Positions 10,956-22,883 of a stretch of 64,000 bases of DNA are shown here, piece after piece. A program made the position numbers and the translations under genes. Below the pieces are notes generated by a model. The model did not search any database. It had not been told where the DNA came from and saw nothing but the letters and a program-made list of their open reading frames with translations. Location: NCBI RefSeq assembly GCF_032191835.1, contig NC_083229.1, positions 14,012,001 through 14,076,000 of the forward strand. The letters run 5' to 3'. Every line of letters begins with the position of its first letter. Within the stretch, counting starts at the first letter, position 1. This stretch comes from Heteronotia binoei. Lineage: Eukaryota.

Positions 10956-13389
10956 TATAAAATAGCAAAGCAGCATATCCAGTGCTATTGTACACAGATG
11001 ATGTCACCATACTTTCCAGAACACCCATAGAACTGAGACGGGCCTTGAATTTCCCCCCCTCTGCCATGACACTGAACAACTTATAATCAATTACTGGGAA
11101 ATCTAAGTTCTGGCCTTCTGGAAAAACCAAAAAAAAAAAAAAAAGGAATGGGAGTTTCAGGGGCATTGTCAGAACTTGTAACTTTCATATAGACTATTAG
11201 CTTAAGCGACTCCATGTTGAAATCAAATACTAACCCAAGCAGCTTATTCCAAGTAACTAACCAGCCTACATATGGTATGTGCCTGTCCATTTCAAACAAA
11301 CTGTGATCACTGAAGTGTAACAGATAGCCCAGGGTCAACATCTGCAGATGGCCTTTGAAGCCAGGCCGGCCTGCACTTTCCCAGCAGGAATCCATCCTCC
11401 CTGCCTGATAACAAACCCTGAGAAACAGACTGTTGTCTCCCCCCGTGTGAACGATCGTTTTATTGTTGTCAACAGAATCGCATAAAGTGTATCCAAAGGC
11501 TAGCTTTCGCTATCAGTGTTATTCTGTACCTCCAGCTCTGAAGTTCTCAATAAAGACCTATACTTGCAACTAAGTCTTGGGTTTGCTTGAAGTTCTGCCA
11601 GTTCTGACAGGCATAAACTGGAACAAGTAATCAGTTTCAAATATCTGGGGGTAATATTGCAAGCTTCTGGCATCAATATAGTCCATGGTAGTTGTGTTGT
11701 TGATGCAGGAGAGAAGTCGGCAAATAGAACCTTGATATTCAATCAGTCTTGGAGTGGAGGGTATTATGTACTGGCCACTCTCAGATTGTTTAAAGCTAAG
11801 GCATTGGCTCAGTTGACCCATGGAACTTTCCTGGGGCCACCCCACTAGAGACAGTCCAACCTAAATTCCTTAGAGCACTCTTACAAGTTCCCAAGTGTGT
11901 GTGTCAAACACTTGGGTCAGATTGGAAACTGGAATGCTCTGGGCTGAAGCTTAACATTCGTATCCTCTTAATTTGCAGGCTGTAAGTAACGTTGGTGCTT
12001 AAGTTATGCTGGATACTATTTTGCTAATTCTGTGATTCTGGAATTGTACAGATTTTGTAATTATGATATTGTCTAGTCTGGATGTGCTTTGTTTCATGTT
12101 TCTGTAAGGTTTTTAATGTTGTAAGCTGCCCAGAGCCCACTTGTGGGATAAGGTGGGATATAAATAGAAACAAAATTAATTTAATTTTAAAATTAAATTC
12201 AGCTCCAGGAGGATTGGCGACATCAGGGGTGTGTGGCCTAATATGCAAAGGAGTTCCTGCTAGGGAAAAAAAAACCCTGGTCTCGAAGGTGAAAAGCAGT
12301 ACGTTGAGTTGCACCCAGAAAGAAATGGGCTTTGAGCAGCCATTCCTTTGGCACCAGAGTAAGGTAACCAGGTCCCCCTTAGTCATCAGCCAGTAGGGTT
12401 GCAAGATTTGGGTTGGGAAACTTCTATAGATTTGGGAGTGGAGCCTGGAAAGGACAGATACCTCAGCAGGGTAAAATGCCATAGAGCAGGGGTGGCCAAA
12501 GGTAGATCTCCAGATGTTTTTTGCCTACAACTCCCATCAGCCATGCTGGCTGGGGCTGATGGGAGTTGTAGGCAAAAAACCCATGGAATCAGAGACTTCC
12601 TCCTTAATATGACCAAATATTAATGAAAGGGCAGCTTCTGTGAGAGCTCTCTCAGTCCCATCTACCTCACAGGGTGTTTGTTGTGGGGGAAGAAGGTAAA
12701 AGGAGATGGTGAGCTGCTCTGGGACTTTGAGATTCAGAGTGAAGGGTGGAATACAAATTCAATTTCTTCTTCTTCTCCTCCTCCTCCTTCTTCGGAGATA
12801 TAGTTTTGATTTCATCCCTGGGTCCCAAAAATGCATCATATTAGTCCAATAACAACATTTATCAGAATTTTGTTATTTGTATTTTTAAGGTAGTTCCTTC
12901 AGGAAGCCTCAGTGCTTGTATGGGAAGTGTTTGGCCAGCAATGAATCGGAAGGCTTTGCACCTGCTTTGAGTAAAAGAAACTGGCTTACTCCATCACATA
13001 CATACAGCTTAACAAGACAAGGACATTTATGATACTGATGAAGTGGCAACATGAAATGCGTCTATTGTAACTTGTATGCTGTACCACTAAAATTACTATG
13101 GGCTCTGTTGAAATTGGTTTAAATGTCTCTGTATTGTTGTATGCTCGCATAGAGCGAGTTACAGTAATCCAGCCTGCAAGTGACCATTGTGTCTGTCACT
13201 ATAGCTAGGCCCTGAGTGTAGGGTGTAGATGTCTGATCTGCCAAAGACAGTAAAAGGCAGACCTGGCAACTGCAGTGACGTGGGCCTCCATAGAAATTTG
13301 GAATCTGTCCCTTCCTGCTTGGTTGTCCCCACATGCAGCTAATTACATCATGCTAGGGATATCCCTAGAGGCTGCCTAGAGACAAAACC

Positions 13390-14130
13390 ACACTGACCTC
13401 AACCCCTCCCTCTACCCTGGGGGATGGGCCTATTGCAGGGGTGGCCAATGGTAGCTCTCCAGATTTTTTTTGCCTTCCACTCCCATCAGCCCCAGCCAGC
13501 ATGGCCAATGGCTGGGGCTGATGGGAGTTGTAGGCAAAAAAGCATCTGAAGAGCTACCGTTGGCCACCCCTGGCCTATAGGAGTGCCTGCCTGCCTGGGA
13601 TTACCATTCCCTTACCCCTAACCTAGCCCTAGGAAGTCACTGCAACCTTTTTCCTACTCTTGTTGCCTTGTGTGTCGGCTGCTGGCTGGCCCCTGGCTGG
13701 CCTGGTGTCTCTGGGCATCATGGCAAGCTGGAAAGCAGCCTCACATTGGGCAACTGAGGTTCCCTCCCCAACACTTCCCTTGGCACAGTCTGGAGGCCGC
13801 TGTTTCCTCAGAGGCATCTGCAGGACGACACCAGGTAAGACCCTGGACACATATTTATTTGGTAGTTTTTTTTTTTCTATTGAATTGCCCCAGATTTTAA
13901 CATCACATAATGAGAACTCAGGAACTCAGAGTACAAAAATAACCACACCCCAGATGATAATCATCTTCTGCAGAAAATAAAGGGAAATAAGAAGCCCACA
14001 CAGCTTGCTCCTTGTTCATTGCCCATCTCAGTGCCCTGAAGGTCTACTTTCAAAGCTTCCTTGAAGGACACCTTTAAGGCTTTGGAGTCATCTTGAACAG
14101 TTGACATTGGGGCCATTCCAGAAGAGGTAA
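13390..14130 (+). promoter_or_regulatory. Upstream module of the 15375 gene: candidate non-coding exon 1 (ends 13834) and exon 2 (14032-14126)
   Basis: CAG|GTAAGA donor at 13835, pyrimidine-rich CCCATCTCAG acceptor at 14030-14031 and GAG|GTAAGT donor at 14127. All three sites recur in paralogous modules. The exon assignment is inference. Confidence 0.6.
13436..13572. mobile_element. Palindromic hAT (Charlie-like) MITE
   Basis: TIR CAGGGGTGGCCAA; TSD GCCTATTG / GCCTATAG. An empty orthologous site is visible at ~25415 (GATGGGACTATAGG). Confidence 0.85.
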
Positions 14131-14718
14131 GTATGAGATATCCCTATGGCCACTTTTTTGTCTGTCTTCAGAATCATTGGCATTAACTACATAGCTTTTT
14201 AACTTATAAAGCAGAGATGTGATCTGTTGGAAATCAATTAAGATCATGAAGAGTCAAGAAAAGGGAAAGCTGCCATGGAAGTGGAGTGGCTAACAAGATG
14301 GAGGGTGGGTGGGTGGACAACAGAGTTGTGGGGAGTGGAGGCAGGGGGTCAAGGATGGGATGGATAGGCGTTATGGAGAACTAGCATGATGTAACGGTTG
14401 AATGTGTCAGATTGTGACCTGGATGCGGGTTTTATATCCCACCTTCTTCTCCACATGAGGCCTGGCTGGGTTGCCTTGGGCCACTCACAGTTATCTCAAA
14501 GCTCCCTCAGCCTTACCTGCCTAACAAGTTGTTGGTTGTGGGTAGAGGAAGGAATGGTGATTGTAAGCTGCTTTGAGATAAGGTGCAGCAAAGTGGAATA
14601 TGAAAATTTTGTCTTCTTCTATGGGTAGGAAGAAGAGGAGACTGAAGAAAGAAAGGGAGGCAGAAGGGAAAGCGGCGATGGTGACCAATATTGGACCTGG
14701 GGGTGAGAAGAAAAAAAT

Positions 14719-14886
14719 GGGAGAAGGAGATGACTGGTGGGGGAGAGACAGAGAGGTGCTGCAGTGCTGGTATAAGAAGTCAGAGGACAGTGAGTGAATT
14801 TCGGGAGAAGGAGATGACTGGTGGGGGAGAGACAGAGAGGTGCTACAGTGCTGGTATAAGAAGTCAGAAGACAGTGAGTGAATTTC
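14719..14886 (+). repeat. 84-bp direct tandem duplication
   Basis: GGGAGAAGGAGATGACTGG...GACAGTGAGTGAATTT occurs at 14719-14802 and 14803-14886 with two substitutions seen. Confidence 0.9.
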
Positions 14887-15374
14887 CCTGTGATTTCATC
14901 AGTTTCCTGGCTGATTAGGAAAAGACTCATCCTGAGTGCTCAAGTGGTGACTTTATGTATTAAAGAGTTCTGAATAGTAGAGTTTTCATGACTCAGGATA
15001 AAAGAGTTTATCAGGAATGATCCTTTGGGTGAGGGCTACAATCCCAGATAATTCCATACCAACTGGATGTGCTAAATTCATTCTGGAAAAGTACTCTCCC
15101 TTTAGAATATGCTTTGTCTTATTTTGTTGAAACACGATTGTGACGCCTTTGGATGAATGGTACATTCCGTGAGAATTTCATCCTGATTGATGAATTGGGA
15201 GAGAACATCTGAGAGGATGCACATAAATAAGGACTGCCTGTGTCATTTCTCGTCTTTGTTATTTCTCGTCTCGGCATTGTTATTTGCTCATCTCCTTCGA
15301 AACATGCAATGCTTCTCTTGTCTCTTTTCTCCTGCCAGCACTGTTTATATAATACAAAGCCAAGATTGCCTGCA

Positions 15375-16346
15375 ATGACCAATTTCAGCAAGACACCCCT
15401 GTCTCTTGTAGAAGTTGTACCACAGTATGCCGATATGTACCGTAACATTTGGTCAGGTCATAATACTTCCAGTGGTGGACCACAGCAGAATTTCAGTTCA
15501 TACATTATTTCCATTTTCACATCATGCGTTTCCATCATTGGACTGGTGGGGAATGGAATTGTCATCTGCCTTCTTGGTTTCTACATTAAAAGGACCCCCT
15601 TCACTATGTACATCCTGAACTTGGCTGTCGCTGACTTTGGAGCTCTTCTGTTTGGAAGTATCTATGATATTTTAATACTGACTGACACAAAAAAATTATT
15701 TTGGATGATAGTTTTTTCAGAGATTGCCATATTCATGTATATTGCAAGTCAACTTCTACTGACCGCCATCAGTATTGACAGGTGTGTGTCTGTTCTCTTC
15801 CCCTTCTGGCATCGATGGCACCGGCCGCGACATTTGTCCATCATTGTGTGTGCCCTAATATGGGTTCTCTCCTTCCTGTCCTCAGGAAGTATAGCACTTC
15901 TAGGCCTTTTGGAACATATTCAGGAATATTGGACACTTTTATCTCCGTTTATTGCAGCTGCTGTTCTTTGCCTGCCTCTTGTCATGATCTCCACCATGAT
16001 TCTGTTGTTCAAAGTGTTCTGTAAATCACAGCAGCCTTGGAGAAGAAGGCCACTAACTATTGTATTCTTAACTCTCCTTTTCTTCTTAGTCTTTGCTTTC
16101 CCCCTGAATGCTATTTTCACAATCAATTGTTTCACTGATTTTAAATACAGCTATCTAATAATATATGGCACCTTGTGTGCCAGCTTCAACAGCTGTGTCA
16201 ATCCAGTGATCTATTTCCTGGTTGGGAGGAAGAAGATGGGTCAACGAAGGAAGAGCCTGAAGTTTCTGCTCCAACGAGCTTTCCAGGAGGAGGAAGATCA
16301 CAGAGAGGGACAGGAACAGGGCACCGCAGCCCAGACATCAATATGA
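15375..16346 (+). CDS. MAS1/MRGPR-family GPCR (MRGPRH/MAS-like), 323 aa, intact
   Basis: Seven hydrophobic segments; GLVGNG (TM1), ILNLAVADF (TM2), AISIDRCVSVLFP (DRC for DRY), VFAFP (small residue at 6.48), NSCVNPVIYF (TM7), SLKFLLQRAF helix 8. ATG 15375 (MTNFS sequon) aligns with all paralog starts and follows acceptor AG 15337-15338. AATAAA at 16382. Confidence 0.95.
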   Translation: MTNFSKTPLSLVEVVPQYADMYRNIWSGHNTSSGGPQQNFSSYIISIFTSCVSIIGLVGNGIVICLLGFYIKRTPFTMYILNLAVADFGALLFGSIYDILILTDTKKLFWMIVFSEIAIFMYIASQLLLTAISIDRCVSVLFPFWHRWHRPRHLSIIVCALIWVLSFLSSGSIALLGLLEHIQEYWTLLSPFIAAAVLCLPLVMISTMILLFKVFCKSQQPWRRRPLTIVFLTLLFFLVFAFPLNAIFTINCFTDFKYSYLIIYGTLCASFNSCVNPVIYFLVGRKKMGQRRKSLKFLLQRAFQEEEDHREGQEQGTAAQTSI

Positions 16347-16582
16347 TACCTCCATCATAGCAAAATGAATCTCGTCTTGCCAATAAAATTGTAATTGTGA
16401 AAATATCCACTTATGTTTTATTTTAAAATACGGAGAAGGTAATTTTGGGTTGCTGTCAGGTTATTACAGGTTGCTAAGCTGTAAAGTGACTACTCTTTAC
16501 TTTTCATGAAGGATAATGTTGGCTATGAAGTCAGAATGTTACTACCTGACCTCTTCCCTGACAGGTGCCATAAACCTTAGAG

Positions 16583-16719
16583 CAGGGGTGGCCAACGGTA
16601 GCTCTCCAAATGTGTTTTTGCCTACAACTCCCATCACCGCCAGCCATCAGCCATGCTGGCTGGGGCTGATGGGAGTTGTAGGCGAAAAACATCTGGAGAG
16701 CTACCGTTGGCCACCCCTG
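16583..16719. mobile_element. Palindromic hAT MITE
   Basis: TIR CAGGGGTGGCCAAC; TSD CCTTAGAG / TCTTAGAG. Confidence 0.85.
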
Positions 16720-17098
16720 TCTTAGAGCTTCTTTCATTCACAAGGCCTCACCCAGCCAGAGGAAGGGTGAGGGTTTGCCTTGTACAAGACCAGCAAATAA
16801 CTATTAGAAGGATATGCTGTTAGCCGCCCTGAGCCTGTTCGCTGGGACAGCGGGATACAAATAGAAATAAATTAATTAATAAAATACACAATCCATTGCT
16901 TTTCCTGAGACACTGATGTTTCCATGGAGACAGTGTCATATGCCTAAGAATGCCAACCTGGGGTTCTCTTGAAATTTCAACTGATTTCCAGAATAGATCT
17001 TCACATGCTTCTTAATCTTCACATGATCTTTCCAAGGATCTTGCAGCTGGGACCTAATTCTGCATAGTACATTCACATTCAAAAAAAGCTTCTTAAAG

Positions 17099-17315
17099 GG
17101 GAGGGACGGTGGCTCAGTGGTAGAGCATCTGCTTGGGAAGCAGAAGGTCCCAGGTTCAATCCCTGGCATCTCCAAAAAAGGGTCCAGGCAAATAGGTGTG
17201 AAAAACCTCCGCTTGAGACCCTGGAGAGCCGCTGCCAGTCTGAGAAGACAATACTGACTTTGATGGACCAAAGGTCTGATTCAGTATAAGGCAGCTTCAT
17301 ATGTTCATATGTTCT
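17099..17315 (+). mobile_element. tRNA-derived SINE (Squam2-like) with CR1-type tail
   Basis: A box (GGTGGCTCAGTGG) and B box (GGTTCAATCC), then GCAGCTTCATATGTTCATATGTTC tail. Near-identical copies at 34203-34425 and 49715-49937; older ones at 39022-39260 and 54543-54781. Confidence 0.75.
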
Positions 17316-17577
17316 TGAGGTACTAGACGAAGTTTTGGAATCTACAAAAGGCATAGATTTTACTAGGAAAATTACTATATGGCAAACTAGATCCTGATAA
17401 GGGGTTGTTGTATTTGGAGTGTGTGTGTATATGTGTGTGCGGCTTAAAAGGTCCATAAAAGTTGCCTTAAAAGCAATGACTACAATTTTGTTATGCAAGA
17501 GTATGTCATATAACATATTCCAATTCCTACAAATGCTTTTTTCCCCAACCCAACATTGATGCAATTGTAAGCGAGAC

Positions 17578-17714
17578 CAGGGGTCATTTTGTAGAAAAAT
17601 AGGTGGTGGAGCTCATCCAGGGATTGCTATGCAGCTGTACCTACTATTCAGTGGACAAGGAGCTGGAACTCTCAGAACTGCGCTCCTGTGAGCTCCCACT
17701 GAATCCGAGGCCCG
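17578..17714. mobile_element. hAT-like MITE (same family as 10180)
   Basis: TSD AGCGAGAC / AGTGAGAC (7/8). Confidence 0.7.
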
Positions 17715-18361
17715 AGTGAGACTGCATGTAACCCTCCCTGAATTAGTTCTCCCCCCCCCCAAAAAAAAAAAATCAATTCCTCTCTGTCGTTAGTGCAATT
17801 CCTCCTGATTCTCAGGAAGTGACTGAGTGGTAAATTGCTTTTAATATGAGCAAGATGATGACTTCAAAATTGTAGGAACCATTCTCAATGCCCACCTCTC
17901 CTCCTCTTCCTCCTCCTCCACCTTGATGTTGTTATTGTTACTGCTGTTGCACTTGTCTTTTTGTTATTTAAAGTTAAAGTCAAGGTTAAACTTGATAGTA
18001 CTGAATTTGTACACATGTCAACATGCCCACCATTTAGATTTTTTCATTAAAATATTTCTGTGCTATTTTCCCTACTTGCAACGAATTGAATAAGACAGAC
18101 AATGAGGGAAAAGGAGAGCTACACAATTGCTCACATCACAACATAGGGGGCATTTCCTTGTCAAGTATCTTCTAAATGTTCGACATGTGAAGAAATAGCT
18201 CTAATTCTCCAATAGAAAGCACACAGCAAACAGTTCTTCCATATATGCTCTGATTTTCAGTAGCAAGGTTGCTAGAACTTTATTTGAATGTGAATGTACT
18301 ATGCAGAATTAGGTCCCAGCTGCAAGATCCTTGGAAAGAGATTAAGTTGTCCCTTCACAAA

Positions 18362-18639
18362 TGCAGTGTTAAAGCTGCAGTACTGCAGTCCTAAGAACTG
18401 CTCACAACCTGAGTTCGATCCCCAGTGGTACTGGGTTTTCAGGAAGCCAGCTCGAGGTTGACTCAGCCTTCCATCCTTCCGAGGTCGGTAAAATGAGCTT
18501 GCTGGGGGGAAGCATAGATGACCGGGGAAGGCAATGGCAAACCACCCCGTAAAAAGTCTGCCGTGAAAACGTTGTGAAAGCAATGTCACCCCAGAGTCGG
18601 AAACGGCTGGTGCTTGCACAGGGGACCTTTCCTTTCCTT
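18362..18639 (+). mobile_element. Sauria-like SINE
   Basis: Same consensus as 22884-23187. Confidence 0.8.
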
Positions 18640-19049
18640 CACAAACTTTGGTGAACCACAAACATGCAAAATTCATGAAGAATTTTCTTTGTGATGAATT
18701 TTGCTTCATGCCTTGGTTCGTGCCCATCCCTATAAGTAAATAAAGACGTTCTGTGAAATTTCACACCTTGTCCTATTCTGGATGTAGCTCAATTATTTGA
18801 GTCTAAGGTATGATATTTTGAACAGCTGCAACTGATGGGTTTTGCATTTGATATTCCCCCCTTAAATTTGCCACGTCGGTTTAATTCAATCAAAGCAATG
18901 GCTTCTGTAAATGACTCAGCGTCTTAAAGAAGCAAACAAAGTGGAAAACATTGGCTGCATTGATCATCTGCTTGGAATAAGACAATATCACTCTTGTTCT
19001 TTTCTCCTATCAGGACTGTCTATGTAACAAAAAGGAGAGATTGCGAGCA

Positions 19050-20010
19050 ATGACCAATTTCAGCAAGATATCCCTGTCTCTTGTAGAAGATGGAACACAG
19101 AATGGCGATATGTACAATAACAGCTCCAGTGGCAGACCAGAGCAATACTTGGATGTTAATAATATTGTTCCTGTCTTCACATCATGTATTTTCATTCTGG
19201 GACCTGTGGGGAATGGAATTATCATCTACCTTCTTGGTTTCCAGATTAAAAAGAGCTCTTTCACTACATACTTCCTGAACTTGGCTGTTGCTGACTTTGG
19301 GGTCCTTCTGTCATTTGTTCAGAGTTTAATTTCATTATGAATCCAACTAAAACATTTTTTTTCTAATAGCTTTCATGGCTGCCCTATTTATGTAAAATAC
19401 TAGTCAACTTCTATTGACAGCTATCAGCATTGACAGGTGTGTGTCTGTCCTCTTCCCCATCTGGCATCGATGCCACTGGCCACCACACCTGTCCACCATT
19501 GCATGTGCACTAATATGGGTTCTCTCTCTCTTGCCCTCAGGATGTCTAGAAATCCTTGACTATTTTGGACACCATTGGACATTCTGGATGCCTATCTCTC
19601 CATTTATGGCAGGTTCTCTTCTTTGTGTCCCTCTTGTCACTATCTCCACTGCGATTCTGTTGTCCAAAGTGTTCTGTGAATCACAGCAGCATTGGAGAGA
19701 AAGGCTTTTAACCATCATCTTTCTCTCTCTCCTTTTCTTCCTAATATTTGCTTTCCCCCTGAATGCTATTTTGACACTTAATTGTTTTACATCTTTTGGA
19801 TAAATTCATCTAATGTTTTATGGTATTTTGTGTGCCTGTCTAAATAGCTCTGTCAACCCAGTGATCTATTTCATGGTTGGGAGAATGAAGAGGGGTCAAC
19901 AAAGGCAGAGCCTGAAGGCCACACTCCAAAGGGCTTTCGGGGAGAAGGAAGAGCATAGAGAGGAACAGGGCATCACAGCTCAAGTGATCACTATGACACC
20001 TTCACAATAG
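19050..20010 (+). pseudogene. MAS1/MRGPR-like GPCR pseudogene
   Basis: ATG 19050 (MTNFSK), acceptor AG 19012-19013. Stop TGA 19338-19340 after TM2, frameshifted TM3 entry, AISIDRC retained, TAA 19801-19803 before TM7, NSSVNPVIYF retained. Confidence 0.9.
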
Positions 20011-20061
20011 CCAAATGTTTCCTGCTTTGCCAATCAAGTTGGAGATGTGAAGGTTTTCACA

Positions 20062-20445
20062 TAATCATAGAATCATAGAGTTGGAACGGACCTTCAGGGA
20101 CATCTAGTCCAACCCCCTGCACAATGCAGAAAACTCACAAACACCCCCCCCCTAAATATTCACTGCTGACAGATGGCCATCTAGCGTCTGTTTCAAAACC
20201 TCCAGGAAGGAGAGCCCACCACCTCCTGAGGAAGTCTGTTTCACTGAGGAATCGCTCTAACGGTCAGGAAGTTCTTCCTTATGTTGAGTTGAAAACTATT
20301 CTGATTTAATTTCAACCCATTGGTTCTGGTCGGACCTTCTGGGGCCACAGAAAACGATTCCACACCCTCCTCTATATGACAGCCCTTCAAGTACTTGAAG
20401 ATGGTGATCTTATTACCTCTCAACCGCCTCCTCTCCAGGCTAAAC
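20062..20445 (-). mobile_element. CR1 3' end inserted in the 3' flank of the 19050 pseudogene
   Basis: Same family as 240-782; ORF 20241..20423(-) ITIFKYLKGCHIEEG. Confidence 0.9.
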
Positions 20446-20999
20446 TGAAGAGGATGTTTTGTTTAAAAATACTGGTCACCTACTTTTGTTCTGCTGCAAA
20501 ATTACAAAATGTTCCTGATCTATATATTGACCCCTTGTTGCTTTTGATGAGTGATAATGACATGTCCAGGCTTAATGAGCAGAATGTGACCGCAAGACTT
20601 CCTCCCTACTGGGAGCAATGAACTCCAGAGTTTCTTTCACTCACTGGGACTTATCCAGCCAGAGGCTGAGTGTGGATTTGTCTTGTATAAAGCCATAAAT
20701 CATAAGTTATGGTTAGGATATTTAATATAGTTTTCATCCCAGATTGGTTCAGTGAAAGCTTCCATTTTTGATCAAAATGGAATCTGGACTCTGACTTTGG
20801 AGTTTGGTATCATAGAGTTGGAAGGGATCTCCAGGGTCATCAAGTCCACCCCCTGCACAGTGCAGGAACTTCACAATACTGATGCAATGGAACAGAAATT
20901 CTGCTTCAGAAATTGCATTGTAAGCTGATACTGGTGCATTCCATGGAGAACATCTAACCACAAGTAGCTGCAAACAGCGGAAAGCAAGTCTCAGTACTT

Positions 21000-21240
21000 A
21001 CTTATTTGGATGTCCCGTCTTATAGAAGTGTTTTCACTATGGCTCATTGTGCAGTGATCCTCTCAAGGGTTCTAGATGGGAAATATAGGAAGATTGTATA
21101 CGAAGGCAAATGTTGTTCATGTTCTATGGCAGAAGTGGAATCAATGGTCCATATGTTCTTCCAATGCCTGTTCCATCAAGGTTATATTTCCCCATTTCTA
21201 GGCAGACCAACAGTGGATGCAGATAAGGCATGCCTGTAGA
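21000..21240 (+). mobile_element. LINE ORF2 C-terminal CCHC zinc-knuckle remnant
   Basis: ORF 21006.. CSCSMAEVESMVHMFFQC fits the C-x-C...ES-x2-H-x4-C pattern of non-LTR ORF2 C-termini. Confidence 0.55.
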
Positions 21241-21654
21241 GACTTCTAATTAATGAAAACCCCACGGTCTCCAGGAAAGTAGTCAAATTCTGCTTCCACT
21301 TGGTGGAATTTCACAATATGAGGCACAATCATGACCACGTATAGTTTTTTTACTTGCATGACTCTTCCCCATCTGGCATATATTTTATATATTTTAGACA
21401 TTTCAGACTTAATTTGGATTTTGGGATGGTTGTATCTTGTAGACTTTTTGAAGGGTTTATGTCTAAACATATGTTTTGTACTGAAAGTAATCTCCTTGCT
21501 TTTAATAAGAATGTACTCTCATGATGAATAGTCTTTGACTGCAAAAAAAAAAAAATCATTGAAGTCTCATTACTGAAAGAAAAGGTACATTTAGGGAGCA
21601 CAACTTGTCCAAAAGGGTATTTATGACAGAAAGACCTTTCCCACCATATGAAGA

Positions 21655-21944
21655 TGAAAAAGAAGACAAAGAAGATATTGGATTTATATCCCACCCTTCA
21701 CTCTGAATCGCAAAGTCTCAGAGCGGCTTACAATCTCCTTTACTTTCCTCCCCCACAACAGATACCCTGTGAAGTAGGTGAGGCTGAGAGAGCTCTCCTA
21801 GAAGCTGCCCTTTCAAGGACAACTCTGAGAGAGCTCTGGCTGACCCAAGGCCATTCCAGCAGCTGCAAGTGAAGGAGTGGGAAATCAAACCCGGTTCTCC
21901 CAGATAAGAGCCCACATACTTAACCACTTCACCAAACTGGCTCT
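21655..21944 (-). mobile_element. Squam3-like SINE
   Basis: Reverse complement of the family consensus, ending CCAAACTGGCTCTC. Confidence 0.8.
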
Positions 21945-21949
21945 CAATA

Positions 21950-22710
21950 AAAGGCAGACCTGGCAACTGCAGTGACTTGGGCCTCCATAGAAAGTTGGAA
22001 TCTGTCCCTTCCTCCCTGGTCCTCTGCAAATGCAGCTATTAAAGAACTGCCTGGGGATGGAACAATTCTGACCTCACCCACTCCCTCTATCCAATTGGAT
22101 GGACCTCTGGGAGTGGCAAGACCTAGCCTCAATGGGCAGCTGCCTGCTTGGGATCACCATTCCCTGACTCTCCCATGCAGGAAGCCTTTGAGGGCTTCTC
22201 CTCTGGCCCCTACTGACCTAAGGGGTTCACTGCATCCCTTTTCCTGCTCTGCCCTTCCAAAGAAGCCTTCCTGGCTCCCACAACTGATAAGTAATAGACC
22301 AGCATTTGTGGCAGGTCCTGGTGCCCCGCTGCCTTGTTGCCTTGTGACTTTGCTGCTGACTTGGCATCATGGCAATCTGGAAAGTGGTATTACATTGGAC
22401 TTTTGTTGCCCCCCCCCCTTCTTCATTTGGCGCAGTCTGGGGGCTGCTGTCTCCTCAGAGGTGTGTATGGGACCGGGTGCATACTTATTTGGTAATTATT
22501 TCTATCAATTTGTCACATAGTAGGAAATCAGGAACTCAGAGTAGAAAGTACACCATTGATAGCAATTGTCCTCAGAACAGAAATATTAAGCCCACACATC
22601 TTTCTGCTTGGTCATTGTCCATCTCCATCTCTCTGCCGTGAAGGACATCTTTAAAGCTTTGGAGTCATTTTGAACTCTTCACATTGGAGCCATTCCAGAA
22701 GTTTTAGATA
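21950..22710 (+). promoter_or_regulatory. Orphan upstream module (no coding exon downstream), degenerate
   Basis: Homologous to 5560-6600 and 13250-14130 (AAAGGCAGACCTGGCAACTGCAGTGAC; GAGGACATCTTTAAAGCTTTGGAGTCAT-like block). The exon-2 donor is lost. Confidence 0.55.
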
Positions 22711-22883
22711 GCTGGACCAATTTCCCATTAGAATTGCTCCTCTCTCAGGCTTCTGTTCCTCACTCCCCACCTCCCCACCCCGCTCAAGTGATCAATTTCC
22801 CACCAGTTGCTCCATGGGTGCATTTTGAGCTGCAGCAACCTCCAGTTCCCTGCACCGTTTTGAGATCCTGTCTTTTCAGGATT

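Larger units (their letters stand above)
9760..12010 (+). mobile_element. Decayed non-LTR retrotransposon ORF2 (RT domain), interrupted by younger insertions
   Basis: Fragmentary motifs: DPSNYRPINL..SKLY (~9890-9945), EDQ.GFR.GR.TLDQ (~10005-10045), LYAVFIDLKAVFD (ORF 10391..), LEQVISFKYLGV (~11619-11654), LRLFKAKALAQL (ORF 11657..). Clade not resolved (RTE-X/Rex1-like guess). Confidence 0.75.

Noticed and set aside
14619-14930. ORF with an internal peptide repeat (FTHC.LTSYTST.APLCLSPTSHLLLP x2)
   Set aside because: It is the antisense translation of the 84-bp tandem duplication.
15240-15374. 45-codon N-terminal extension making a 368-aa receptor
   Set aside because: It starts at a non-ATG codon and spans the polypyrimidine tract and AG (15337-15338) conserved as acceptor in all paralogs; every paralog aligns from MTNFS/MANFS.
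17099-17175. tRNA-like sequence (also 34203, 39022, 22887, 49715)
   Set aside because: It continues directly into a SINE body and tail and is multi-copy; these are SINE heads, not tRNA genes.
19338-19340. TGA as selenocysteine or read-through rescuing the 19050 gene
   Set aside because: A frameshifted TM3 entry and a second stop (TAA 19801) make a full-length product impossible.
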